A DNA stretch of 64,000 nt, from positions 36,334,001 to 36,398,000 of the forward strand of contig NC_087447.1 of the NCBI RefSeq assembly GCF_036321535.1, written 5' to 3'. A program made the translations under genes and the position numbers. This DNA comes from Camelus dromedarius. Taxonomy: Eukaryota. The notes below the pieces were generated by a model. The model worked only from the letters and a program-made list of their open reading frames with translations. It had not been told where the DNA came from and searched no databases. This document shows positions 49,510-62,259 of this stretch, piece by piece. Numbering within the stretch: the stretch's first letter is position 1; the number at the start of each line of letters is the position of its first letter.

Positions 49510-49956
49510 AAACAGTAAGGATAACATGCAATGTTGTCAGTTAACATTAATTTTTAGTAATACTGCTTTACACATTTGGTTGTCTTTCTCCAAAAATAAT
49601 CCATAGGAAACTGGATACACCTAGGGCTGTATTTTCTAGGAAGGTATGACATTGGGGAGGGTTACTGACAACAATGATACTGAATTAATAGATCAGTTAA
49701 AAATCTAGACAGGGCTTATGAAAGAGGTGAAAACAGACTGATAATGACCTGATTTGAACATGTGTAAAGGAATAGAGCTGTTGTTACGGTCAGAGGTGAG
49801 ATTTCTACATTCATGACTTCAGAGGTAACGTTGTCTTTGCATACTGGGTATTGTCTTTGGATTTTGTTGTTGAGACAAAGTAGTGGAACTAAAGCCCTGT
49901 AAGTGGTCACTGATGTTAAACAGGAAGTTGAAGTTTATTTCCTCAAAATTAACTCA
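49510..49956 (-). other. Endogenous L remnant, segment 2 (pre-A region and motif A)
   Basis: ORF 49716..49910 reads LVP...RQYPVCKDNVTSEVM...LTVTTAL, versus recalled BoDV L LVP...RIYQVVAEAALKNEVM...MTMSSTAL; then LDF/N*SIN/F at ~49708-49681, like motif A. Confidence 0.75.
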
Positions 49957-49971
49957 AATATGACCTATCTG

Positions 49972-52900
49972 GGATGGCAGCCAAGATGGCCGAACAGAAA
50001 CTCTTGAGCTCACCTTCTCTCACAACTATCTGCAGAACCATTGATAAAAAAGACTGGAACCTACCAGAAAAGATCTACAACTATAGACCTAAAGGAGGAA
50101 CCACGAGATGAGTAGGAGGGGCGGACTTGCAATATAATCAAATCCTGTACCCCATCACCCCCACCCCACTGTGGATGACCCACAAATTGGAGAATAATTA
50201 TATGGCAGAGGTTCTCCCACAGGAGTGAGAGTTCTGAGTCTCATGTTAGGATCCCCAGCCCAGGGTGTCTGGCACCAGGAAGATGAGCCCCAAGAACACT
50301 TGGCTTTGAAGACCAGTGGGGATAATTTCAGGAGCCCCACAGGACTACAGGAAAGACTTCACTTCTAAAGGGTGCACAAAAAAATCCCATGTGCACCAGG
50401 ACCCAGGGCAAAAGCAGCAATTTGAAAAGAGCCTGGGCCAGACCTACTTGCTGTCTTGAAGAGTCTCCTGGGGAAGTGGGGTTACCTGCAGCTCATCCTG
50501 GGGATGTGGACACTAGTGGCAGACATATTCTGGAGTATTCGGAGGCTAACATCTTGGATCATTAGTGTCAAAATCTGGCCCCACCCAACAGCCTATAGAC
50601 TCCAGTACTAGACTCCTCAGGCTAAATAAGCAACTGGGTGGGGACACAGCCCCACTCATCAGCAGATAGATAGGCTACATAAAGACTTCTGAGCCAACAG
50701 CCACCTCCAGACATGCCGTTAGACATGGCCCTGCCTATCAGAGGGCCAAGACCCAGTTCCACTCACTATTGGGGCAGGCACTGGCCCTTCATTCCAGGAA
50801 GCCTACACTAGCCTCTAGACTGCCTCACTCACCAGGGGGCTAATACCAGAAGCAAGAAAACTATGATCCTGCAGGAAACAGCTGCCCACAACCAATGATT
50901 TGAAATAAATTCTGGGAACCAGACTCCAGGAATTAGCTCTGCCTGTCAGTAGTCTGGACACTGTCATCAGGATCTGGCTTCACCTGCCAGTGGGTAGGAA
51001 ACAGTCCCAGAGTCTGCAGGATCCTGACACCACCCACTAGTGAGCCAGCACTAGCCTAGGGACCCCCTAGGGTTCGGTAACAAGCAGCCTCATGACCAGG
51101 CCCTGCTAAACAGCAACCAGCAGCATCCACACAAGGCAGGGTAAGGCAACCGACCAGACTAGGGGCCAACTAAGCCTACCAGTATGCCCATGTATATGGT
51201 CAGCCATCCACAACAATAGGATGTATGCAGCCTCTTGGGGGAACCCCTAGAGCATGTGGCTTGGGTGATAAGAGGGGAGTGCACTGTTGGGACGCACAGG
51301 ACGTCTCCTACAGAAGGCTACTTCTCCAAGGATGAGAAACATAACTAACCTATCACATATATAAAAATACAAATAGCAACTTGGACAAAGTGAGGAATAT
51401 GTTTTAGAGGAACAAGATTAAAAAAACCCCAAAAACACCAAGAAGAACTAAGTGAAGTGGAGATAGGCAATCCACCTGAGAAAGAGTTCAGAGTAATGAT
51501 CATAAAGATGATCAAAGAACTCAGGAGAATGGATGCACAGAGTGAGAGGTTAGAAGTTTTTAACAAAGAGTTAGAAAATATAAAGAACAACCAGAGCTGA
51601 AGAATACAATATTGAAATGAAAAATACACTAGAAGGAATCAATAGCAGACTAAATGATACAGAAGAATGGATCAGTGAGCTGAGAGAAAAAGCAGTAGAA
51701 AACACTGCCACTGAACAGGAAAAAAAAAAAGTGAGGATAGTTTAAGGGACATCATCAAGCACACATTATAGGGGTCCCAGGAGAGAGAGAGAAAGGGCCT
51801 AAGAAAATATCTGAAGAGTGAATAGCTAAACTTCCCTAACCTGGAAAAAGAAACAGTCACTAAAGTCCAGGAAGTGCAGAGAGCTATATGCCAGATTAAC
51901 CGAAAGAACACCAAGTACACACTGTAATCAAAATGACAAAAATTAAAGATAAGGAGAGAATGTTAAAAGCAGCAAGGGAAAAGCAACAAATAACATACAA
52001 GGCAATTTCCATAAGGCTACCAGCTGATTTTTCAGCAGAAACTGCAGGCCAGAAAGGAGTGGCATGATATATTTAAAATGATAAAAGGGAAAAAACTACA
52101 ACCAGGAATACTCTACCCAGCAAGGCTCTCATTCAGATTTGATGGAAAAATCAAAAGCTTTAGACACAAGAAAAGCTAAAAGAATTCAGCACCACCAAAA
52201 CCAGCTTTACAACAAATGTTAAAGGAACTTCTTTAGGTGAAAAAGGCCACAAGTATAAACAAAAAAATGATGAAATAAAAAAGTTCACCAGTAAAGGCAA
52301 ACATAAAGGTAGGAAATTATCCGCACACAAAGCTAGTAGGGAGGTTAAAAGACAAAAGTAGTAAAATCATTGGTATCCACAATAAGCCGTTAAAGGATAC
52401 ACAAAACAATTAAATGTAAAATAGGGTATCAAAAAAGTAATTATGGGAGGAGGAGAGTACAAATGCAGAGGTTTTAAAATTTATTTGAGATTAAGAGATC
52501 AACTTAAAACAATTATATATAGATATACATTGCTATATGAAAACCTCATGGTAACTGCAAACCAAAAATCTATAATAGATATACACACAAAAAAGAAAAA
52601 GGAATCCAAACATAACACAAAAAAGTCATCAAATCACAAGAAAACAAAAGTGGGGGGGGGACCTACAAAAACAAATCCCAAACAACTAACAAAATGGCAA
52701 TAAGAACATACATATCCATAATTACCTTGAATGTGAACACTGTAAATGCTCCAACCAAAAGACAGAGTGGCTAAATACAAATACAAAAGTAACACCTGTA
52801 TCTATGCTGCCCACAAGAGACTCATTTCAGACCTAGAGACACATACAGACTGAAAATGAGAGGATGGAAAAGGTATTCCATGCAAATGGAAAATCAAAAC

Positions 52901-55900
52901 AAAGCCAGAGTAGCAATACTTATATCAGACAAAATAGACTTTAAAGAATGTTACAAGAGACAAAAAAGAAAACTATGTAATGGTCAAAGATCAATCCAAG
53001 AAAAAGATACAACAATTGTAAATATATATACACTCAGGCAAACATTAACAGACATAAAAGGAAAAATCAAAAATAACGCAATAATAGTAGGGGACTTTAA
53101 CCATCACTTACATCAACAGACAGATCATCCAGACAGAAAGTCAGTAAGAAAAATACAGGCCTTAAATAGCACATTACCAAATGAACCTAACTGATATACA
53201 GAGAGCATTCCATCCAAAAGCAGTAGAATACACTTTCTTCTCCAACGCACATGGAACATTCTCCAGGATAGATCACATGCTGGCCAACAAACACAGCAAG
53301 CCTCAGTAAATTTAAGAAAACTGAAATCATAACAAGCATCTTTTTATCACAACTGTATGAGACTACAAGTGAACTACAAGAAAAACTGCAAAAAACCCAC
53401 AAAACACGTGGAGGCAAAACAATATGCTACTAAATAACCAATGGATCACTGAAGAAATCAAAAACGAAATTAAAAAATACCTAGAGAAAAATTACAACAA
53501 AAACACAATGAATCCAAAACCTCTGGGACACAGCAAAAGCAGTCCTAAGAAAGTTTACAGCAATACAAGCTTACCCCAGGAAACAAGAAAAATCTCAAAT
53601 AAAAAACCTAACCTTAAACCTAAGGCAACTAGAGAAAGAAAAGCAAACAAAATCCAAAATTAGTAGAAGGAAAGAAATCATAAAGATTAGAGAGCAGAAA
53701 TAAATGAGACAGAGACAAAAAAGCAACAACAAACAAACAATAGAAAAGATCAATGAAACTAAAAGCTGGTTCTTTGAGAAGACAAATAAAATTGATAAAC
53801 CTTGAGCCAGATTCATCAAGAGAAAAGGGGCCCAAATCAATAAATGAGAAATGAAAAACAAAGTTACAAATGACACCACAGAAATACAAAGGAGCACAAG
53901 AGACTACTATGAGCAACTACATGCCAACAAGATGGACAACCTAGAAGAAATGAAGAAATTCTTAGAAAGGTACAATCCCCCAAGACTGTACCAGGCAGAA
54001 ACAGAAAAATATGAACAGACCAATTACCAGTATTGATACTGAGTCAGTAATTTTAAAACTCCCAATGAGCAAAAGTCCAGGACCAGATGGCTTCAAAGAA
54101 TTCTACCAAACATTTAGAGAAGAGTTAACACCCATCCTTCTGAAACTACTCCAAAAACTTGAAGAGGAAGGAACACTTCCAAACTCACTCTGAGGCCATC
54201 ACCCTGATACCAAAGCCAGACAAAGACATCACAAAAAAAGAGAATATTATAAGTATTACTTATGAATATAGAAGCAAAAATCCTCAACAAATCACTAGCA
54301 AATCAGTTCCAACAACACAATAGAAGGATCATACACCATGATCAAGAGGGAATTATCCCAGGGATGCAAGGAGTTTTCAATACCTGCAAATCAATCAATG
54401 GGATACAAAACATTAACAAATTGAATAAAAACCATGTTCATCTCAACAGATGCAGGAAAAGCTTCTAATAAAATTCAACATCCATTTATGATAAAAACTC
54501 TCTAGAAAGTGGGCACAGAGGGAACATACCTCAACATAATAAAGGCCATATATGACAAACACACAGCTAACATACTCAATGGTGAAAAGCTAAAAGCATT
54601 CCCTCTAAGATCAGGAACAAGACAAGGACGCCCCACTCTTGCCACTTCTATTCAGCATGGTATTGGAAGTCCTAGCCACAGCAATCAGAGAAAAATAAAA
54701 GGAATCCAAATTGGAAAGGAAGAAGTAAAACTGTCACTGTTTGCAGACATCAAGGTTCTATACATAGAAAACCCTAAAAATGCCACCAGAAAACTACTAG
54801 AGCTCATCAATGAATTTGGTAAATTTGCAGGATACAAAATTAATACACAGAATTCTGTTGCATTTCTATACCTTAACAATGAAATATCAGAAAGAGAAAC
54901 AATTCCATTTACCACTGCATCCAAGAGAATACAATATCTTGGAAAAAACCTACCTCAAGAGGCAAAAGACCTGTACTCCAAAAAGTACAATAAAAATGCT
55001 GATGAAAGAAATTGAGTATGACATAAACGGATGAAAAGATATATTGTGTTCTTGGACTGGAAGAATCAATAGTTAAAATGACCATACTACCTAAGGCAAT
55101 CTACAGATTCAACATAATCCCTATCAAATTACCAATGGCATTTTCCCACAGAACTAGAAGACCAATTTTAAATTTGTATGGTATGGAAACACACAAGATC
55201 CCGAATAGCCAAAACAATCTTGAGAAAGAACAGAGCTGAAGGAATCACGCTCCCTGACTTCTGACTATACTACAAATCTGCTGTAATCAAACAGTATGGT
55301 ACTTGCCTCAAAAAAGACATACAGATCAATGGAACAGGATAAAAAGCCCAGAAATAAACCCAAGTACTTATAGTCAATTAATCTATAACAAAGGAGGCAA
55401 GAATATACAATGGAGAAAAGACAGTGTCTTTAATAAATGGTGCTGGGAAAACTGCACAGCTCCATGTAAAAAAAAAAAAAATTAGAACATTCTTTAACAC
55501 CATACACAAAAATAAACTTAAAATAGATTAAAGACCTAAATATAAGACCAGAAACCATAAAACTCCTAGAAGAAATCATCAGCAGAACACTCTTTGACAT
55601 AAATCATATAAGTATTTTTTTGGATGTCTCCTAAAGGAAATAAAAGCAAAAACAAACAAATGGGATATAATTAACCTTAAAAAAGCTTCTGCACAGCAAA
55701 AGAAACCATAAGCAAAATGAAAAGATAACCTATGGAATGGGAGAAAATATTTGCAAACAATGCACTTGAGAAGAGGTTAATTTTGAAAACAAATAGTTCA
55801 TACAGCTCAACATCAAAAAAAAAAAAAACAAACAAAAAAAAACCCAATCAAAAAATAGGCAGAAGACCGAAGTAGACATTTCTCCAAAGACATAAGATGG

Positions 55901-56815
55901 CTCATGACACATGAAAGATGGCTCAACGTTGCTAATTAGAGAAATAAAAATCAAAATCATAGTGAGATATCCCCTACACCTGTCAGAATGGCTGTCATTA
56001 AAAAGAGCACAAACAACAAACGCTGGCAAGGATGTGGAGCAAAGGGTACCCTCCTACACTGTTGGTAGGAATGTAAATTAACACAGCCATTATGGAAAAC
56101 AGTATGGGGTTCCTTAAAAAACTAAAAATAGACTTAACATATGATCCAGCAATCTCAGTCCTAGGCATATATCCAGAAAAGACAAAAAGTAATTCAATAA
56201 GATTTATGCACCCCAATGTTCACAGCAGCACTATTTACAACAGCAAAGACATGGAAGCAGCCTAGGTGTCCACTGACAGATGAATGAATATATCTATATC
56301 TATCTATATCTATATATGTGTCTATACACACACACACACAGAGGAATACTACTCAGCCATAAAAAAGAATGATATAATGCGACTTGCAACAAAATAGATG
56401 GACCTAGAGATTATCACACTAAGTGAGGTAATTCAGAGAAATCAAGTATCACATATCACTTAAATGGGAAACCTAAAAAAAAGATACATATAAACTTATT
56501 TACAAAGCAGACTCACATAGAAAACAAACTTATAGTTACCAAGGTGGAAAGGGGTGGGGGGGATAAATTGGGAATTTAGGATTAATAGATATATACTACC
56601 ATATATAAAATATATAAATAAGGACCTACTGTATATAGCACACAGAACTATATTCATTATCTTGTTATAATCTACAATGGGAAAGAATCTGAAAAATATA
56701 TATACATATTATATATATCTGAATCACTTTGCCATACACCTTAAACACACTGTAAATCAACTATACTTCAATTTAAAAAAAGCTACAGCTAAAATAAAAA
56801 TTAGCTAAAGAAAAG
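49972..56815 (+). mobile_element. Full-length degenerate LINE-1 (5' UTR, ORF1 ~51380-52240, ORF2 from ATG 52694, 3' UTR, A-rich tail)
   Basis: Starts GGATGGCAGCCAAGATGGC (YY1 site); EN start MAIRTYISIITLNVN; RT fragments (GTRQG, FADI in place of FADD); many frameshifts; 15-bp TSD AATATGACCTATCTG (49957-49971) / AATGTGACCTATCTG (56816-56830). Confidence 0.95.
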
Positions 56816-56830
56816 AATGTGACCTATCTG

Positions 56831-57060
56831 CCTTTCAAATTACTGTTTAATCAAAACATCACTTCAAACTTTTTTCTATATCTTGAATTCTTTCAGGTTT
56901 GAAAACCTACAGATTTGAGGAATTTTACCTAGTAATACACACAAAATTGGAAAACCTTTACAATAAAAAGATCTTTAGATCACTGGTATAGTCAAACACT
57001 TGGGAGAACTGTATTTCAGGTAAGAAATGATCAGTAATAGGGAAAAGTTGCCATTCAACT
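56831..57060 (-). other. Endogenous Mononegavirales-like L (RdRp) remnant, segment 1 (upstream of the pre-A motif)
   Basis: One frame reads VEWQLF...EIQF...SDLKIFLL*R...VFKP; resembles recalled bornavirus L WQLF and ebolavirus L SDLSIFIKDR...VFEP. Confidence 0.7.
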
Positions 57061-58238
57061 TTCCACTGAATAGCAAGTTTCACTGCACAAAAATAAACTT
57101 TTTCCTCCTGGTACTTTATTAGGGTGGCATGGCATCTGTCTTCCTTTTACTATCCCCACCCCCACCGCCCAATTTGAGAAGTCAAAGCAAAAAACAACCT
57201 GATGTTCCTGCTTAAAAGACAGCCATGATATTTAATGTGGTGTTGGGACACTAGGCCACATGGACCAACAGACCCAAATTTATTCCAACTCTGAATTTTG
57301 TTAATGTCCAATAATGTGTGAATTGGAATGGAAGTCTCTATTTGGAGATTAAGAAAAAAAGGTCTTCTAGTGTAGTTATTTTAGAAGACTGTTCTATTTA
57401 CAGATTAAGAACCAAGTCTTATAAACAACCTAGCACAAACAATAAATTGATGAAAATACTTTTAAAAACGTAATACTGGTCTTGCCTTCTTCCATTCTTA
57501 AACATACATCAGTTTTCACTATCTACTTGAACTAGCTGTCTTAAGCAACCCTACAGATCAAATATTTGAAAATCAGTGGCCAAACTGAAATTTGAATAAA
57601 CCATACTGTATAAACCAAATATTATTTGTTAAATGTCATACATTCTGTGTACTACCTTCTGACTCACCTTTTTGCTGTACAGGGTAGCACATACAAAAAC
57701 AATGTGAGAAATAGAAAATAAGCAAGATATTGGGGGTCTGATACATGAAAAATATTTCAGGATGGATTGCATAAACCGGAAATGACCTGTTCTAGTTGCT
57801 GCACTCATCTAAGACATTCTAAATTTCAAAATGACAAAGGAATAATTCTTTTAAAAAATCAAACACATACTTAAGTATCTAGATGTGTAACAGTTCAGCA
57901 AACAAACAAGTTTAACTCAAACCTTTGAACATGTCACTTAGAAACATTAAGATTTTGGACCCAATTACTCATAGATCATTGACTAGTCCAAAATGCAGTT
58001 TGTGTTAATCTGCTGTACAAATCAACCATGTAACAGTAGTCAGGTGATTCTTTTTACTCCAACAAAAGCAACAATAAGAAAGAAAGCAATACTATTTCTA
58101 GTAATTAGATAATCAGGATAATAAGACTTGGGTAAAATGAGAATTTCTTGTTCCAGCTTCTTGTTCAATGAGCCTGTTTCTCATTTTCAGATAATGAGGA
58201 TAAAGGTGTCACAACAAAATATGGGAAACTGCTTTCTC

Positions 58239-58244
58239 TTTATT
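58239..58244 (-). terminator. C11orf58: Candidate C11orf58 poly(A) signal; a further distal candidate lies at 57115-57120
   Basis: AATAAA on the - strand ~0.8 kb after the stop codon. Confidence 0.5.
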
Positions 58245-59032
58245 TAGGCCTTGGGAAGAAAATTAATTTTGGTCACATATTACCTTAAAAAAAAAAATCC
58301 AGTTTTACATATTTCTAAACAGAACCAAATGATCAGAGAAATAATTTCTTCTGTAAAAACTGGCCAAATTTTATAAAAAATCTAACATACAATGTAATTC
58401 AAATTATGTAAAGATTGCTTGGGATCATAACATTTCAAATATATGACAGTTGAAACTCCATCCTAACCAGTGTGGTATTTGCTCTCATGCTGCTTTGGTC
58501 CAAAAGAATAGAGCTGAATCAGTAAGAGTAAACTGTAAATACCTAAATCTTTTGCCAACATTAATTTAGATTGCTATTGGCAGCAGAAATATCCATGATG
58601 AATAGTTCTACTATAAGTACAATAAAAGAATATTTTTCATGAATTCATCACAGTACCAGATAAACTTTTTATAAGAGAAAAACATGAAGGAACAAAAAGA
58701 GATGAAACAGCTACCACACAAAAAATAGTGTCTCCCCTATAACTGTATTTGAAGGGATAAAAAGGTGATATTAAAGGTTTGATGATGCTAATATGAAAGG
58801 AAATTGAGTACTGTATTTCTTATTTTATACAACTCTTACTCTTTACAAAAATGGTTATAGTCATGCCCATAAAAGTGTAACCCATGGCATCTGAAAGCAA
58901 ACACTCTTTGTAATCATTTAAAAGGGCCTTTTTAAAAATTATAATACAAAGGTCTGTGCTCTATAAGCAGTCCTCCACTGTGCATTATAACAATAAGGCT
59001 TACTTTTAATACAAAGACTGAGTGTTTGGGAG

Positions 59033-59263
<231 letters not shown>

Positions 59264-59938
59264 CTAAAACCATCAATTAACAAGCTATTAAAATAAGTTA
59301 CCCACTATAAAAACTGGGAAAGACACTAATTTTTGTCACAGTCTTAAAACAGCCCACTCACTACCCATTAAATTAACAGTTTCCGACTGTCTTATGATCA
59401 GAGGCTGCCAAAGGAAGAACTGAGGACTCAGGCATCTCCATGTGTTTTATACACTGGGACTTGAGTAGGATTTTGTTTTAAGAAAGGGCTCTGAAGCCCA
59501 CTCACTTGTCTCCTTTCCCCCCACTCTGAAAACAACATATTATTATAATATCTTCCTGAAGGAAACAATCTATTTTTTTAAGTAAGTAAGGCAAGTTAAC
59601 CACTGATCCACAGAAATGTGGAAAACGGCCATCGATGTTTTACATATTACATTACTTTGGAGTAATTAACCAGTAGTTATAATATGAAAAGAGACAACTT
59701 AGGAAACAACTGAGAGAACTCTCCTAAACCACTGCTTATATGAAATATTTGACCTAACTTGAGTATGTTGTTCATGCCTATTTAAGATGTGCTCTAATGA
59801 TTATCTGAACAGAATTTACATTAAGTTAGTATCCTAAAACTCTCAAAAATGGTTTTCATTATCTACAAAGACCTAGTTTAGCACAGAAAAATATTTTAAG
59901 TAACCATAAGGTTTTCTACATAGGATTCTTGACTGCTA

Positions 59939-60145
<207 letters not shown>

Positions 60146-61690
60146 TTATGTTTCAGTCAAATTAATAAAAATATTTAATTATACAAAAAACCCATAGTAC
60201 AGACGTTACTATATTCAGGGCTGATTTCTCCAACTGTAACTAATTTTACAGTCAATTTTGTGTATGGGTTTATATACCATTAAGTAGTTACTGAACAGAC
60301 ACAAAATAACTAAAGGATGTATTTATGATTACTCCTTTAGTAACCAACCCCCTGAACTACGAAAGTTGTTTATAAAAGATGAAAAACTTGTATTTTTCCA
60401 TGTAGTAATTCAAACCAGATACAAGAGTCTCAGAAGGAACTCCCTGAAGTTCAGATATTATAAATATTAATTACTAAGAACTTAGGGCATTATATGTTTT
60501 AGCTTATTTATAGTCTAATGATAGTTCTTCTGATAGTAAAATTTTCTCCTAGTCACATACAAAAACCCTCTAACAAATGAAAGCTTCTGTCTTTGAACAA
60601 AAATAATGAAAAGGCACACAATTCTATTCAGAGAATGGCTTAATACAATGACGTTGTATTGGCTTTCTTTTATTTCCTTTATGACTTTCTTTTATTGAAC
60701 CAATATAAACTTGCTATTTTACCATGCAACATTTGATTTTATATATATATAAACATACATTGTATGTTATGAAACAGAATACTAAACAACCACCTATATA
60801 CTTATCACCCAGAAACTAGAACATTACACCAATACCACTGAAGCTTTCTGTACGTGACATTATAATTTGTAAATACAAGAAGAATTTCACATTTTAAAAG
60901 AATAAATGCAGCAGTTAAATATATTTCTATTCTGCCAAAGCTAAGAGACTCTTTTGCCTTTTGTAGCGATACAAATCAATTTGAAATAATTGTTCAACGC
61001 TAGAAAAAAAGACCTATTGATGTCTAAAATGTGCTACATATTTTAGATCAGTGTAAAGTTAATTTAAATAACATGATTAACAGTTCTCCCAAATATATCT
61101 AGGTCATTATACTCTATTATTAAAAATGTCCAAGATTAGGGTCAACTTTAAATAGGAGCAAACTTTACTTTTCAGCAGGGTGAATTCAAATCCAAATTCT
61201 AATTCATTTTTAGTTTTTAATTTAAAAAAATTCCCCCCCCCAAATTAAAAGAAAAAGTTAATTTCTTCAGGCTTTGCAATGAGTATTCTTCAAAGATTTC
61301 AGAGCAAAACTCAGTAAGCTAAAAACCAATATAATATGCCAACTCTAACACTGTATATTAAATAATTCATAAAAAATATATAAATTCTATAGATATTACA
61401 GACAAGACAAGGCATAAACCTCAACTACATCTTGTGAATAAGTAAAAATGAAGACAGAAATAGGTCAGTTTCTTGGTTAAAATATATTGATGAATACTCT
61501 CAAATCTTTTAAAAATCAAAGTATATATTGTTACATGATATATGTTTACATATACTATGTATTTCTAATATTTTAATCATTAAAATTAATCATCAATTAT
61601 ACACAGAAGTTAGAATATTTTAAAATATGTACAAATGCTTCATATTCCAAAATTTAGCACCACCACTTTAATTATATTTTACTTTCTCAC

Positions 61691-61751
61691 CTGTTCGGAA
61701 GTGAGATGTTGATTTGTGATCTCCTATGACAAGACGACCAGTATGTTCTTT
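61691..61751 (-). CDS. C11orf58: C11orf58 (small acidic protein, SMAP) exon (KEHTGRLVIGDHKSTSHFRT)
   Basis: TAG/GTGAG boundaries on the - strand; 61 nt; peptide recognised as SMAP. Confidence 0.95.
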
Positions 61752-62259
61752 CTATAATAGGAAGGCAGAAAATGTATTAGAATCTGAGACCACTAATTCA
61801 ACACAATTATTAAGTGTCTACTATGTGCCCTACACTATTCAAGACTTGCAGGACACAGTTAAGATAAAGGACTAAATTAAGATCCCTGACTTTATGGAAC
61901 TTACCATTTTTGCATGTGTAGGGATGGGGAGGAGAAACAAAATCAGTAAGTAAATTATAGTACGTCTGCAAGCAATGTCATTAAAGCAAACTAAGCAGAG
62001 GAAGGGGATAGAGAGTATGTAAAGATCAAGCTGCAATTTTAAATGGATGAGTAGGTAACTAGAAAAATGAATCAACCTCAAGTTTCTTTCCTAAAAGACC
62101 AGTTAAATGAGTTGCTTTAACTTTCCTACCTTCTCTTTCTGATGCCTCACACATATTTTATGGACAGAAAGCAAATGACACTATTTAGCTAGCTAAAAAA
62201 TGAAATTAATCAATATATTTATAACATACAAAGTTACAGAAATTTAAAATATAAAAAAT

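Noticed and set aside
52443..56216. ORFs with endonuclease/reverse transcriptase similarity as functional genes
   Set aside because: Frameshifted pieces of the dead L1 ORF2, or their antisense.
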